From an uncultured virus (IMG/VR IMGVR_UViG_3300007511_000006) (lineage: Duplodnaviria > Heunggongvirae > Uroviricota > Caudoviricetes), in the IMG/VR virus record IMGVR_UViG_3300007511_000006: DNA of 63,905 bases. One strand, written 5' to 3'. Below, in pieces: positions 55,403-63,905 of the stretch. The notes beneath the pieces were generated by a model. That model saw only the letters and a list, made by a program, of their open reading frames with translations. It did not search any database and had not been told where the DNA came from. Position 1 is the stretch's first letter. Every line of letters starts with the position of its first letter. The position numbers and the translations under genes are program-made.

Positions 55403-56680
55403 TTATATTAAGTCTGCCCAAGATCCATTTTCATAGCCTTGGAATTTGTTATCTGTAGTATTGTAAATAATCATACCGTTGGCAGCCGATAATGAGTTTC
55501 TTTGTGTTGTTGTCATGCTTGCTAATTGTACCGCATTAGCAAAAACTGTTGCACCAGTAGTCATCGTAGCAACTTCGGTACCGGCTGTCGCAAAACGAAT
55601 TGTATCTTCGTCAGTACTTGCTTCTACTCTTATTCTTGTATCATTATCAGCATCCGCAATTAAATTTTGTGTACTAATTAATGAAGTACTAAAAATTCTT
55701 ACTTCTACAATGTCATCAGTGTGTGGTGCTTCTACCATTGTAAGCGTTGTGCCACTTACACTATATGCTGATGTAGGTTGTTGTAAAGCACCGTTAATAT
55801 TAACGATAGTACCGTTTGTTGTTGCTGACGAACTCAGTGTAAATGCAGTTGTTGTACCGTCGCCAGTAAATGAGTCACTTGATACTAATGCATAATTACT
55901 TGCTTCTAAATCAACCCAAGAAGTACCATTATAGTATTCCATTTTATTACTAGTGCTGTTATAACGAAAATCGCCCGCTGATGGTGATCCTGGTCGTTGT
56001 GCTGTGGTGCCATTTGGCATTGCTATAGAATTTGTGCCTACAATTTGTAATTGTCCTGTTCCATCTGGATCAATTTGTATATTACCGTTTGTTGTGCTTG
56101 TTGACATTACATTTGTTGAGAATGTAAAATCTCCCAAGTCACCGCCTACGCCAAAGTCACCTGTGTATCTCGCACCACTAATATAAACACTCTTGCCTGT
56201 AAAACTTACGCCATTAGGCAAGTTTGTACTAATAAAGTGTAATACGCCACTTTGATAATCAAAAAACCATTCGTCGTTATTACCAGAACCTGTAGCAAAT
56301 ACCTGTGTGCCTCCAGACGCGGCAGATCCAGCACTACTGCTAGTGTGTATATAAGCTTTTACTTGGTATGTTGAACCAATTTCAGGTGATATCCAATCTG
56401 TTAGTCCTGTTTTCCAAGTTCTATTCGCTGTTGATGTAATATCTTCTGTGCATTCTTGTGGGGCACTTGTCGTGTATACAGTTACAACCTCGGAGCTTGA
56501 TCCTGGTATTGTGCTAGGAATACTTGAAGCCTCCTTCCAAACTTTGTCGCCACGTAGCAACAACGAACTTGAAATCGCTTCGTTAGGCGCCTTTTTAAGT
56601 GCGTTTGTATCTGTTTTGGTAGCACCGTAACCTAGTTTTTTCCATAGGTAGTCAATTTTTTGGCTATCTGAAATGGCCAT
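55403..56680 (-). CDS. Virion structural protein (fibre/baseplate-associated)
   Basis: Ser/Thr/Gly-rich; shares GTTAQRP, TGDGTTT and DADxDT modules with the long fibre. Confidence 0.7.
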   Translation of the reverse strand: MAISDSQKIDYLWKKLGYGATKTDTNALKKAPNEAISSSLLLRGDKVWKEASSIPSTIPGSSSEVVTVYTTSAPQECTEDITSTANRTWKTGLTDWISPEIGSTYQVKAYIHTSSSAGSAASGGTQVFATGSGNNDEWFFDYQSGVLHFISTNLPNGVSFTGKSVYISGARYTGDFGVGGDLGDFTFSTNVMSTSTTNGNIQIDPDGTGQLQIVGTNSIAMPNGTTAQRPGSPSAGDFRYNSTSNKMEYYNGTSWVDLEASNYALVSSDSFTGDGTTTAFTLSSSATTNGTIVNINGALQQPTSAYSVSGTTLTMVEAPHTDDIVEVRIFSTSLISTQNLIADADNDTRIRVEASTDEDTIRFATAGTEVATMTTGATVFANAVQLASMTTTQRNSLSAANGMIIYNTTDNKFQGYENGSWADLI

Positions 56681-59600
56681 TATGAAGCCTCCCCTATGCT
56701 TATCGCAGTCACTGATTCACCGCTTGCTAGTGCTATTCTTACCAATACGACATTGCCTGTAGCATTGGACATATTCTCTGAGCCAAGTGTCATTGTATAG
56801 CCACCACTTAGTGATGTGCCTGTTGCAATTCTGTCACCTGATGTAAACGCACAGCCATTACTGCCGTTACCGCCATTGCCTGTATCACTGCCCGGAACAC
56901 CACTACCACCATATGTTGTACTTGAATCTATCCATCCATTTAGTCCACTAGCACTATCAATTGCAGTGCCTGGTGCGGCAATCCATAATCCACTTATGCC
57001 TGAACTTGATGTAATGTTAATATCAAAGTTAGCAACAACTTGTCTACGGAAAGCAAATGTAAAGTATTGTGTTCCCGTATCAGCACTACGATCAGGTCCT
57101 ACTGGTAGGAAGCCTGAACTATAATCTGTTACATCGTATTTTAAAACACCAAGTCTAATTGTTGCTTCTTTTGTTCCACTAACACCTGGATCACTATTTT
57201 CAGAATATAAATCGTTAGTATAAAAATTTGTTGCACCGTTAAAACTAGGTGTGTTTGTTGTGTCGGCATTAAAATCAAATACACGTTTGCCATCATCTGT
57301 ATACGTGCCGTTGCCTAAACTATCTGCTACAGCAATGGTCTGTTCAACAATACCACTCTGTGATGATCTGTGTACTTGAATATTAGTTGTGTTTTCAACA
57401 TAACTACTTGTTCCGTTACAGTTGGATGCTCTTACTTTTACTCTGTCAACTGTTCTTACGCTACTTGTTGTAATAGGTACTGAAAGAGATCCTATCGTGT
57501 ATGCAGACGCAACGCCAGTATCAGCATTTGGTATACCGCCTGTTAGCATTGAACTTGCACCATCAATTTGTGCGTAAGTATAGTTTGAATTAGTAGTTGC
57601 CGCGCTACTTGTACTTTCTTGGTTTGTTCCGTTATCTACTTCAACGACTGATGACGTATCTCGGTAGGCTTGTCCTGTTAAATCACTAACCTGTACACCA
57701 GTTAAAGTAAGTGTTGGACTTCCTGTGTTATAATATGGTATACCAGAAACATATCTTTTTGTGCCGCCAGTTCCTTCAGACAATGTGCCAGAATCATCTA
57801 TAGTAGGCGTTGCTGTTATATCATCATATACAACAGAAACATAGTTTGTATTACCTGTTGCACTGTGTTCTAATCTTTCGTCATTTACACCTACTGTATA
57901 ACTTGCAAGTGCTTGCGTAATTTTGGCATCAAACGTTTGATAAAATCCTGTTGGATAAGTTGCTGAACTAATTGTGTCGTTAGCATCACGTTGGTCACTT
58001 ACAACAAGCGAGGTAAATGTTCCATTCTCGTTCAATGCTGTTGTAAATGTTTTATTACCTTTATCAACGCCGTTAACAGTTGCAGTTAGTGTTCCACTCA
58101 AACCATTGTAAGCATTAGCAATAACATTTGTGTCAATTGTGCCACTTGTATATCGTCTTGCTGTAGTTGTAGTCAACGCCGCGCCCGCAACCAATGGATT
58201 ACTCGTACTGTTATCTGCAAATCCAGCACAAAGTTTTGGACTTGAGCCTTGGTATGAATCACTCAACGTTAGCGATTTAGTACTCAAATTCGCTGGTGCA
58301 GATGGCGTTGCATTCATTTGGAACACAATACTTGAATCTGAATCTGACTGTAATGTTAAATCAGGAGTTCCGTTTGCTGTAAAGGCTAATGTGTAATTGC
58401 CTGCTGATTCACCTGCATAATCATGATCTAATGTTGCGCCTATAGAACCAGCACTTACACCATCTTCAGTAGGAGTGTCGTTTGTACTACCATCACCCCA
58501 ATTATATACATAATCATCTGCGTTTTGTGATGTGTTTGTTGCTCTTACTAATGCTCTATTATTTCCATTGTAGTCTGTGTAATCATAAATGTCATATTGA
58601 TTGTCACCAGATCTATCACTTGTTGTTACTGCTGTGGCCGCAATGTTTGCTCTAACATCTGGTTCAACGTGAACTGTAAAGTTAGAACTAATAAATGGAC
58701 TACTTGTATGATTACTAATAACTCTCAAGTTACCAGTATAATTTCTTGCTGTTCCTGATGCTTGGTCGCTTGGACTCAACGCAAACGTGTGACTAATAGT
58801 GTTACCAGTGTCACCACTTCCGCCTGTACCAACATTTACTGTTGTATCTGAAGTTCCATCGCCCCATTGGTATTCATATTGAATACCATATGTTGCATAA
58901 CTGCCAATTGTTGCTTCAGTATTATTAGTAAAGGTAATCGGTAATCCACTAGTACTTTCTTCGTTAATACCTGTTGTCGCACTTAATGATACTTCAGGAG
59001 TATGTGTGTCATAAATTTTATATGCGACATTGTCACTAGTTGGTATTACTGATGGATCAGCAGTATTATGACTGTCTAGTGTTAGTATAACTGTTCTTGT
59101 TATTTCTTGTTCTGAAATTTCCGTAAACGTATGGTCAAGTCTTGCGCCGGCAGAACCACCTGCGGCACTATCACTTGAAATAACATTGTCGCTACTACCA
59201 TCGTCCCAATCCCAAGTGTATTGAATTGTAGCACCGCCAATGTTTGTTGTATTATTATCAAAGTAAACTTGGTCACCGTCATCCCAATATGTAATTGGAC
59301 TACCGCCTGATGAAGCGGCATATGCGGCAAAACTAACAACCGGGTTAGCAGTATAGATAATAATATATCCCGCTCTTAATTTAGTTGCGGTGCTTCCTGT
59401 TCCACAGCCACTATTGTTATATGCAGTGACCTCTACATCAAATGGTGATCCTACGTTAGAACTATATGTATGTGTTGGAGTACTGTCTGTTGTTCCTGTT
59501 GTTGTGTTACCATCGCCCCAATCAATAGTGTATCTATTTGCGTTTCCTGTGGCAGTAATAGTTAGTGTTACAACAAGTCCTGCACCACCTACTGTTTGGT

Positions 59601-60126
59601 CAGCAGTAAAGTCTACTTCCTTAACAAAAGTACTATTACGAATGTTTTCAACAACTTCGTTTAAATCATCAATAGCATCTACAACTAATGTAGACGATGT
59701 CCAATCTAAATACGCACTGCACGTTGTTAAGCTGCCATCTGTTGGTGTACCTAATGTAAGTGTGCCACCGCCTAGGCCTGCTATTTGAGTATCTACATAT
59801 GCTTTGTTTGCCGCATCTGTACCTGCTACCGGAGTTGCTACATCTTCAACTACTTTACTAGAAACAGAAATAATACCCGTGCCGTTAGCATTTAGTATTA
59901 AATTACCATTTGTATTTGTTGTAGTGATTGTATTGGTATCAATTTCAATGTTACCAACTTGTAGATCGCCGGCAATATCCAACGAGTACCCCGGGGCAGC
60001 TTCGTTAATACCAATACGTGAGTTAGTTACATCTAGATATAATAAGTCTGTTTCAAATGCCAAGTCAGTGCCTTGTCTGACTAGATTTGGTTGTAACATT
60101 GGTCCCGAGACGCGACCTATAGCCAT
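56680..60126 (-). CDS. PKD-domain-containing virion protein
   Basis: Four PKD-like WGDG/WDDG...H repeats; 1148 aa. Confidence 0.75.
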   Translation of the reverse strand: MAIGRVSGPMLQPNLVRQGTDLAFETDLLYLDVTNSRIGINEAAPGYSLDIAGDLQVGNIEIDTNTITTTNTNGNLILNANGTGIISVSSKVVEDVATPVAGTDAANKAYVDTQIAGLGGGTLTLGTPTDGSLTTCSAYLDWTSSTLVVDAIDDLNEVVENIRNSTFVKEVDFTADQTVGGAGLVVTLTITATGNANRYTIDWGDGNTTTGTTDSTPTHTYSSNVGSPFDVEVTAYNNSGCGTGSTATKLRAGYIIIYTANPVVSFAAYAASSGGSPITYWDDGDQVYFDNNTTNIGGATIQYTWDWDDGSSDNVISSDSAAGGSAGARLDHTFTEISEQEITRTVILTLDSHNTADPSVIPTSDNVAYKIYDTHTPEVSLSATTGINEESTSGLPITFTNNTEATIGSYATYGIQYEYQWGDGTSDTTVNVGTGGSGDTGNTISHTFALSPSDQASGTARNYTGNLRVISNHTSSPFISSNFTVHVEPDVRANIAATAVTTSDRSGDNQYDIYDYTDYNGNNRALVRATNTSQNADDYVYNWGDGSTNDTPTEDGVSAGSIGATLDHDYAGESAGNYTLAFTANGTPDLTLQSDSDSSIVFQMNATPSAPANLSTKSLTLSDSYQGSSPKLCAGFADNSTSNPLVAGAALTTTTARRYTSGTIDTNVIANAYNGLSGTLTATVNGVDKGNKTFTTALNENGTFTSLVVSDQRDANDTISSATYPTGFYQTFDAKITQALASYTVGVNDERLEHSATGNTNYVSVVYDDITATPTIDDSGTLSEGTGGTKRYVSGIPYYNTGSPTLTLTGVQVSDLTGQAYRDTSSVVEVDNGTNQESTSSAATTNSNYTYAQIDGASSMLTGGIPNADTGVASAYTIGSLSVPITTSSVRTVDRVKVRASNCNGTSSYVENTTNIQVHRSSQSGIVEQTIAVADSLGNGTYTDDGKRVFDFNADTTNTPSFNGATNFYTNDLYSENSDPGVSGTKEATIRLGVLKYDVTDYSSGFLPVGPDRSADTGTQYFTFAFRRQVVANFDINITSSSGISGLWIAAPGTAIDSASGLNGWIDSSTTYGGSGVPGSDTGNGGNGSNGCAFTSGDRIATGTSLSGGYTMTLGSENMSNATGNVVLVRIALASGESVTAISIGEAS

Positions 60127-60178
60127 ATTATTCTCCGTTTAAAAATACTTTATACCGTATTTATATAGAGTTTAATTA

Positions 60179-60610
60179 TTAAACTGTGTCGAATCCGCTT
60201 AATGCTACAATAACATGACTGTTAGGCGGGGCAGATGTAAATGTAATAGTTGTTCCTGATACTGTGTAAGCAGAATCTGGTTCTTGGAAAATGTTATTAA
60301 TAAAAATAAGAATATTGTTTTCGTCAGCAGGCGCAGAGGATAACATATTAAATGCCGTTGTTGAGCCATCGCCAGTGTCTGTATCTTTAGTAATAGTCGT
60401 AGTGCCGTTAATTCTTATTTGATTCCAAGTGCCTAAATGATATGTTTCTAATCCACCTGTTGTGACATTAAATCTAACCATCCCAGAGTCTGCTATAGCA
60501 GATCCTGGTCGTTGATTCGTAGTTCCTATAGGAATTCGTATGGCATTTGTTCCACCAAGATTGAATAATTCCTGAGTAAAGTATTCTGGATTTGTACGAT
60601 CAAATGGCAT
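60179..60610 (-). CDS. Small virion structural protein
   Basis: GTTNQRP and TGDGSTTAF modules. Confidence 0.65.
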   Translation of the reverse strand: MPFDRTNPEYFTQELFNLGGTNAIRIPIGTTNQRPGSAIADSGMVRFNVTTGGLETYHLGTWNQIRINGTTTITKDTDTGDGSTTAFNMLSSAPADENNILIFINNIFQEPDSAYTVSGTTITFTSAPPNSHVIVALSGFDTV

Positions 60611-60614
60611 AATA

Positions 60615-61013
60615 TTATAAACTCATATAGTTAACAAAAACATTTACAGGTACTGTCGCCGGCGAACCAGACCAATTGGTAGATGAGTTACTTGCATCAT
60701 CTAAATCAATATAAAATTTATCACCATTTGTTAATAGCCACTTATTGGCAGTAAATCCTGTTATAGTGTTTACATGTAAATTTGATCCAGTAGAGATAGG
60801 AACTGCAAAACCTCCCGCTTTGGATGAATCATATAATAAATTATTAACTGTTACAGAGTCACCGCTGGGAACTAAATTCAATGCCCAATTAAAAAATGAG
60901 TCGGCGTGACTATCCGTATTAAAAATAATTATATCTGTAACAGCAACATTGCCTGATGCAGTAAAAATTGCTGTTGAAGAATTGTTTGTTACATTTGTTA
61001 TTGTGACTGCCAT
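60615..61013 (-). CDS. Small beta-rich virion protein
   Basis: 132 aa in the structural operon. Confidence 0.6.
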   Translation of the reverse strand: MAVTITNVTNNSSTAIFTASGNVAVTDIIIFNTDSHADSFFNWALNLVPSGDSVTVNNLLYDSSKAGGFAVPISTGSNLHVNTITGFTANKWLLTNGDKFYIDLDDASNSSTNWSGSPATVPVNVFVNYMSL

Positions 61014-61016
61014 AAA

Positions 61017-61898
61017 TTATCCACCAAATACTAAAGCATAAGCAATTGCTTTACTCTTACTTATCATTTCTCCACTTGTTGTGTTATTTACGAAATATAG
61101 TCCTGTGCCACCACCGCTTGGTGTTTTGGAATAAATTTTATTAACAGATACTGTAGCACCTGGATCACCGCCTTGATCAGTAAAATCTAACTGTACTGAA
61201 ACGCTGGCCGCTTTGGATAATACAATATTACCCGTTCCATTTGGCGTAAGAGTAATATTACCATTTGTGTTAGATGAAATAATATCATTTGCATTAATAT
61301 TAATATTATCTACACTAAGTTCACCTGTTATAGTAACAGCATTTGTTCCATTATCAAATACAATGTTTGAACTACCAGCAAGAGTTCCACTATTATTATA
61401 TTGAATATTAGTATTAGCACCACCTGGGGTTGGTGACCCTGCCGCAGTATCTACATATGCTTTGATAGATTGTTGTGTTGCTAAAGCAGTAGCACTATCA
61501 CTTGCCATATTATCTTCATCTAATATGTCGCTAATAGTAACACCATTAACAGTTAAATCACCTGTTGTTGTAACAGAAAGTGCTTCTAAGTCTGCTAATC
61601 CCGAGCCGAGTTTAAAACTCCATTTGTCTGTAGTTTCATTCCAAATCAATGATGTATCGTCAGAAGTGCCTCTTTCAATTACAACACCTGCTGTTCCAAG
61701 CGTAACACCTGCTCCTGATTCATTCTTGTTTAATACAATTGTATTATCTTGAATGTCTAAATCTGTTGTATTAACCGTGGTAGTAGTTCCAGTAACAACT
61801 AAATTGCCTGTTACTTGAAATGCATCTGCTGTAATATTAACATCATTTGAACCAACGTTGATATTATAATCGCTGTTAACTCTTAATTCCTTTGCCAT
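61017..61898 (-). CDS. Short fibre-like virion protein
   Basis: GNLVVTGTTTTVN, ERGTSDD, SDSATALATQQSIKAYVD shared with the long fibre; TATAAATA upstream. Confidence 0.7.
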   Translation of the reverse strand: MAKELRVNSDYNINVGSNDVNITADAFQVTGNLVVTGTTTTVNTTDLDIQDNTIVLNKNESGAGVTLGTAGVVIERGTSDDTSLIWNETTDKWSFKLGSGLADLEALSVTTTGDLTVNGVTISDILDEDNMASDSATALATQQSIKAYVDTAAGSPTPGGANTNIQYNNSGTLAGSSNIVFDNGTNAVTITGELSVDNININANDIISSNTNGNITLTPNGTGNIVLSKAASVSVQLDFTDQGGDPGATVSVNKIYSKTPSGGGTGLYFVNNTTSGEMISKSKAIAYALVFGG

Positions 61899-61941
61899 AT
61901 TTCGTGATTTCCAATGTTATATTATTTATACAAATTTTAGA

Positions 61942-61968
61942 ATAGAAAAGGGGCCGATGGCCCCTTTC
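61942..61968 (-). terminator. Intrinsic terminator
   Basis: AAAGGGGCC-ATC-GGCCCCTTTTCT. Confidence 0.8.
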
Positions 61969-61992
61969 CTGTATTGATCGTAAGAATATCAA

Positions 61993-62454
61993 TTAAGCGT
62001 CTTCTGTCCAATCGTCGTCGTCTACACCGACTAGTGTATTGTCGTCGCCTGCTTCCTCGACTTGTGCCGCACCGTCTGTTAGATCTACTGTGAAGTTCCA
62101 TGGAACTTTACTGCCATCATATGCGTTTGAACCTGTAGCAGTCGGAGCTGCTAATGTTGCTGTACGGCCAGAAATTTTACTTGCTAGGTATGTTTCACCA
62201 TCATCCATTTTAAATGAAATTGACATCTCACCTGATGCTAGGTTTGCTGGTAAATCATCCCAAGTTAAAGTACAAGTATGTAATCCTGCTGTTTCGATTT
62301 CTTCAACAACAAAACGTTTACTTGCTTTTTGTTTAACAATATAACCTTCTTTAACACCGCCGCCGCTGTTAAAGTTAACTTTGATTTCGTTACCGCCGGC
62401 TGTTGGGCCTACGCCCGCGACACCGAAGTATCTTTTATTAAGTGGTCTACCCAT
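61993..62454 (-). CDS. Late protein immediately downstream of the capsid gene (probable head component)
   Basis: 153 aa MGRPLNKRYFG; strong RBS; own late promoter and terminator. Confidence 0.65.
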   Translation of the reverse strand: MGRPLNKRYFGVAGVGPTAGGNEIKVNFNSGGGVKEGYIVKQKASKRFVVEEIETAGLHTCTLTWDDLPANLASGEMSISFKMDDGETYLASKISGRTATLAAPTATGSNAYDGSKVPWNFTVDLTDGAAQVEEAGDDNTLVGVDDDDWTEDA

Positions 62455-62545
62455 TTTATTTCTCCTTTTAGAAGTCCGTTGCGGGTTTTAACCGCTACGA
62501 GGAAGGTTAATCCCCATAAACTTACTACCCATTAGTAAGCATTAC
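62455..62545 (-). promoter_or_regulatory. Structured 5' leader (candidate cis-regulatory RNA)
   Basis: Several stems between TAAATA (62546-62551) and the RBS. Confidence 0.45.
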
Positions 62546-62554
62546 TATTTAGTC

Positions 62555-62583
62555 AAGAAAAACCCCCCAAATAATGGGGGGTT
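62555..62583 (-). terminator. Intrinsic terminator of the major capsid gene
   Basis: AACCCCCCA-TTATT-TGGGGGGTT-TTTCTT. Confidence 0.85.
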
Positions 62584-62606
62584 ATCTTTACAAAAAATTC
62601 TAAACC

Positions 62607-63779
62607 TTATGCAAATGATAGGTTTGATACTGCAATTGTTTGTAGGTAGTCGCCAGCATTACCTAGTGATGATGCTGTGTTTGTTAGTGCAACATAACCA
62701 TAACGTGTCATGAAGCCTACGACTGGCTCGAATGTATCTGGATCTAGTACTGTACCAGATGACATTAGAGGAATGTATGGGCAGTAGAAAGCAGCTGCGT
62801 CTGCTTCGCTTGAACCCTTGTAGCCTACTAGTACTGCTGTATCATCAGCTGCGTATGTATCAACATAGATCTTCATTGTACCATTTAGTGTGCCAACCAT
62901 CTTTTGGTTAACTGGTGCTTCGAATGAACCTTCTGTTGTACGTGCAAATGCACTTGTTGAAGCGGATTGGATAACTGTTAGTGCTTGTGGTGAAACGACT
63001 GCCCAGTTACCTGCACCACGACGTGTGCGTTGTGCAATTGTGTTGGCTGCGCGGTTCATTAGAACTGCTAGAGCGGCGTGCTCGTCACCAACGTATGTTG
63101 CTGTACCTGATACTGCGTTTTGATCATATGGATCACCTGCTGTTGCGATACTACGTAGTGAACGTAGGATCTCTTGATCAATTTCTGCAGTAATTTCTTG
63201 TGCTAGTGCTGACATGATTTCTGCTTCCATGTCAATACCGTGCATTGAGTTAGCATCTTGAGCAGCTTCGAAAGTCCAACGTGCTGATAGCTTACGTGTC
63301 TTTGCTTCAACTGGTTGCTTCAAGATTTGGATGCTTAGACGGTTACCGCCTGTGCCTTCGTTAGCAGATGTTGAACCTGCTGTATCAGCAGATGCAACGT
63401 TACCTGAGTAACCTTCAGCAACTTTGAATGGGCTTAATGCTTCTTCGCCTGCTGTTGTGTTACCACCTGCGTTACCTGTGAATGCATCAGCGTAACGTAC
63501 TCTCAATGTGTGAATTTGTCCTACTGGACCTGCCATTGGTTGAACACCAACGATTTCGTTAGCAATTACTGATGGCATTACGCGGCGGATTACTGGTAAA
63601 ATTACGCGGTTAAGTGTAGCAACATTACCTGATGTTGATGCGCCGGCTGTAGCAGCCTCTGTCAAATAGCCTTTTGTATTCTCTAGAGTTACTGCCATTG
63701 TACTACGAGTTGAACCTGAAAGACCTTCTAATAGTGCGTCTTTAGTTTCACTCCAGTTTTCATTTAATAGTTCTGACAT
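62607..63779 (-). CDS. gp23: Major capsid protein (gp23-like)
   Basis: VGVQPMAGPVG, TRKLSARWT, EITAEIDQE, FYCPYIPL, FMTRYG. Confidence 0.95.
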   Translation of the reverse strand: MSELLNENWSETKDALLEGLSGSTRSTMAVTLENTKGYLTEAATAGASTSGNVATLNRVILPVIRRVMPSVIANEIVGVQPMAGPVGQIHTLRVRYADAFTGNAGGNTTAGEEALSPFKVAEGYSGNVASADTAGSTSANEGTGGNRLSIQILKQPVEAKTRKLSARWTFEAAQDANSMHGIDMEAEIMSALAQEITAEIDQEILRSLRSIATAGDPYDQNAVSGTATYVGDEHAALAVLMNRAANTIAQRTRRGAGNWAVVSPQALTVIQSASTSAFARTTEGSFEAPVNQKMVGTLNGTMKIYVDTYAADDTAVLVGYKGSSEADAAAFYCPYIPLMSSGTVLDPDTFEPVVGFMTRYGYVALTNTASSLGNAGDYLQTIAVSNLSFA

Positions 63780-63810
63780 TTTTAGTCTCCTAAACTCCTT
63801 AATTATAAAT

Positions 63811-63905
63811 TTATAATCCTGCTAACTTCTTGATATCAACAATGTTGGAAGTGTTTGGTGTTTCTTCAACTTGCTTTTCAACAGGTTGGCGATCACCAGT
63901 TACTT
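63811..63905 (-). CDS. 3' end of prohead scaffold/core protein (gp22-like), truncated by the window edge
   Basis: ...VTGDRQPVEKQVEETPNTSNIVDIKKLAGL* immediately upstream of gp23. Confidence 0.6.
   Translation of the reverse strand, partial: VTGDRQPVEKQVEETPNTSNIVDIKKLAGL

Noticed and set aside
62455..62545. Leader as a tRNA or hammerhead ribozyme
   Set aside because: No TTC-containing T-loop or acceptor stem, and no CUGANGA/GAAA core

Overview
A 64-kb, AT-rich, gene-dense segment of a large T4-like (myovirus) dsDNA phage, almost all coded on the minus strand. It holds the replication/recombination core: gp41-like helicase, gp61-like primase, gp32 SSB, UvsW/UvsX/UvsY, a probable clamp-loader subunit, dNMP kinase and a miniature DnaE-like protein. 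It also holds packaging and virion genes: large terminase, head-completion nuclease, tail tube and sheath, neck proteins, tail terminator, repeat-rich fibres, major capsid protein and the end of the scaffold gene. Modification enzymes are scattered throughout: four radical SAM proteins, two methyltransferases, a 2OG-Fe(II) hydroxylase, two MptE/glycosyltransferase-like proteins, a sulfotransferase-like protein and a Nudix hydrolase. Early sigma70 promoters, T4-type late promoters (TATAAATA/TAAATA, often directly before a start codon) and intrinsic terminators are visible. I saw no tRNA, rRNA, CRISPR array, integrase or intein. The most unusual signals are: (i) a 3'-UTR hairpin whose loop is exactly complementary to the ribosome-binding sites of two genes in its own early operon; (ii) a thumb-less ~190-aa DnaE core; (iii) unrelated proteins, including a ligase-like and a PD-(D/E)xK-like enzyme, that share a capsid-targeting-like N-terminus; (iv) recurrent loop-less perfect palindromes and a switch-like structured leader in front of structural genes. 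All assignments come from reading motifs by eye; no searches were run.
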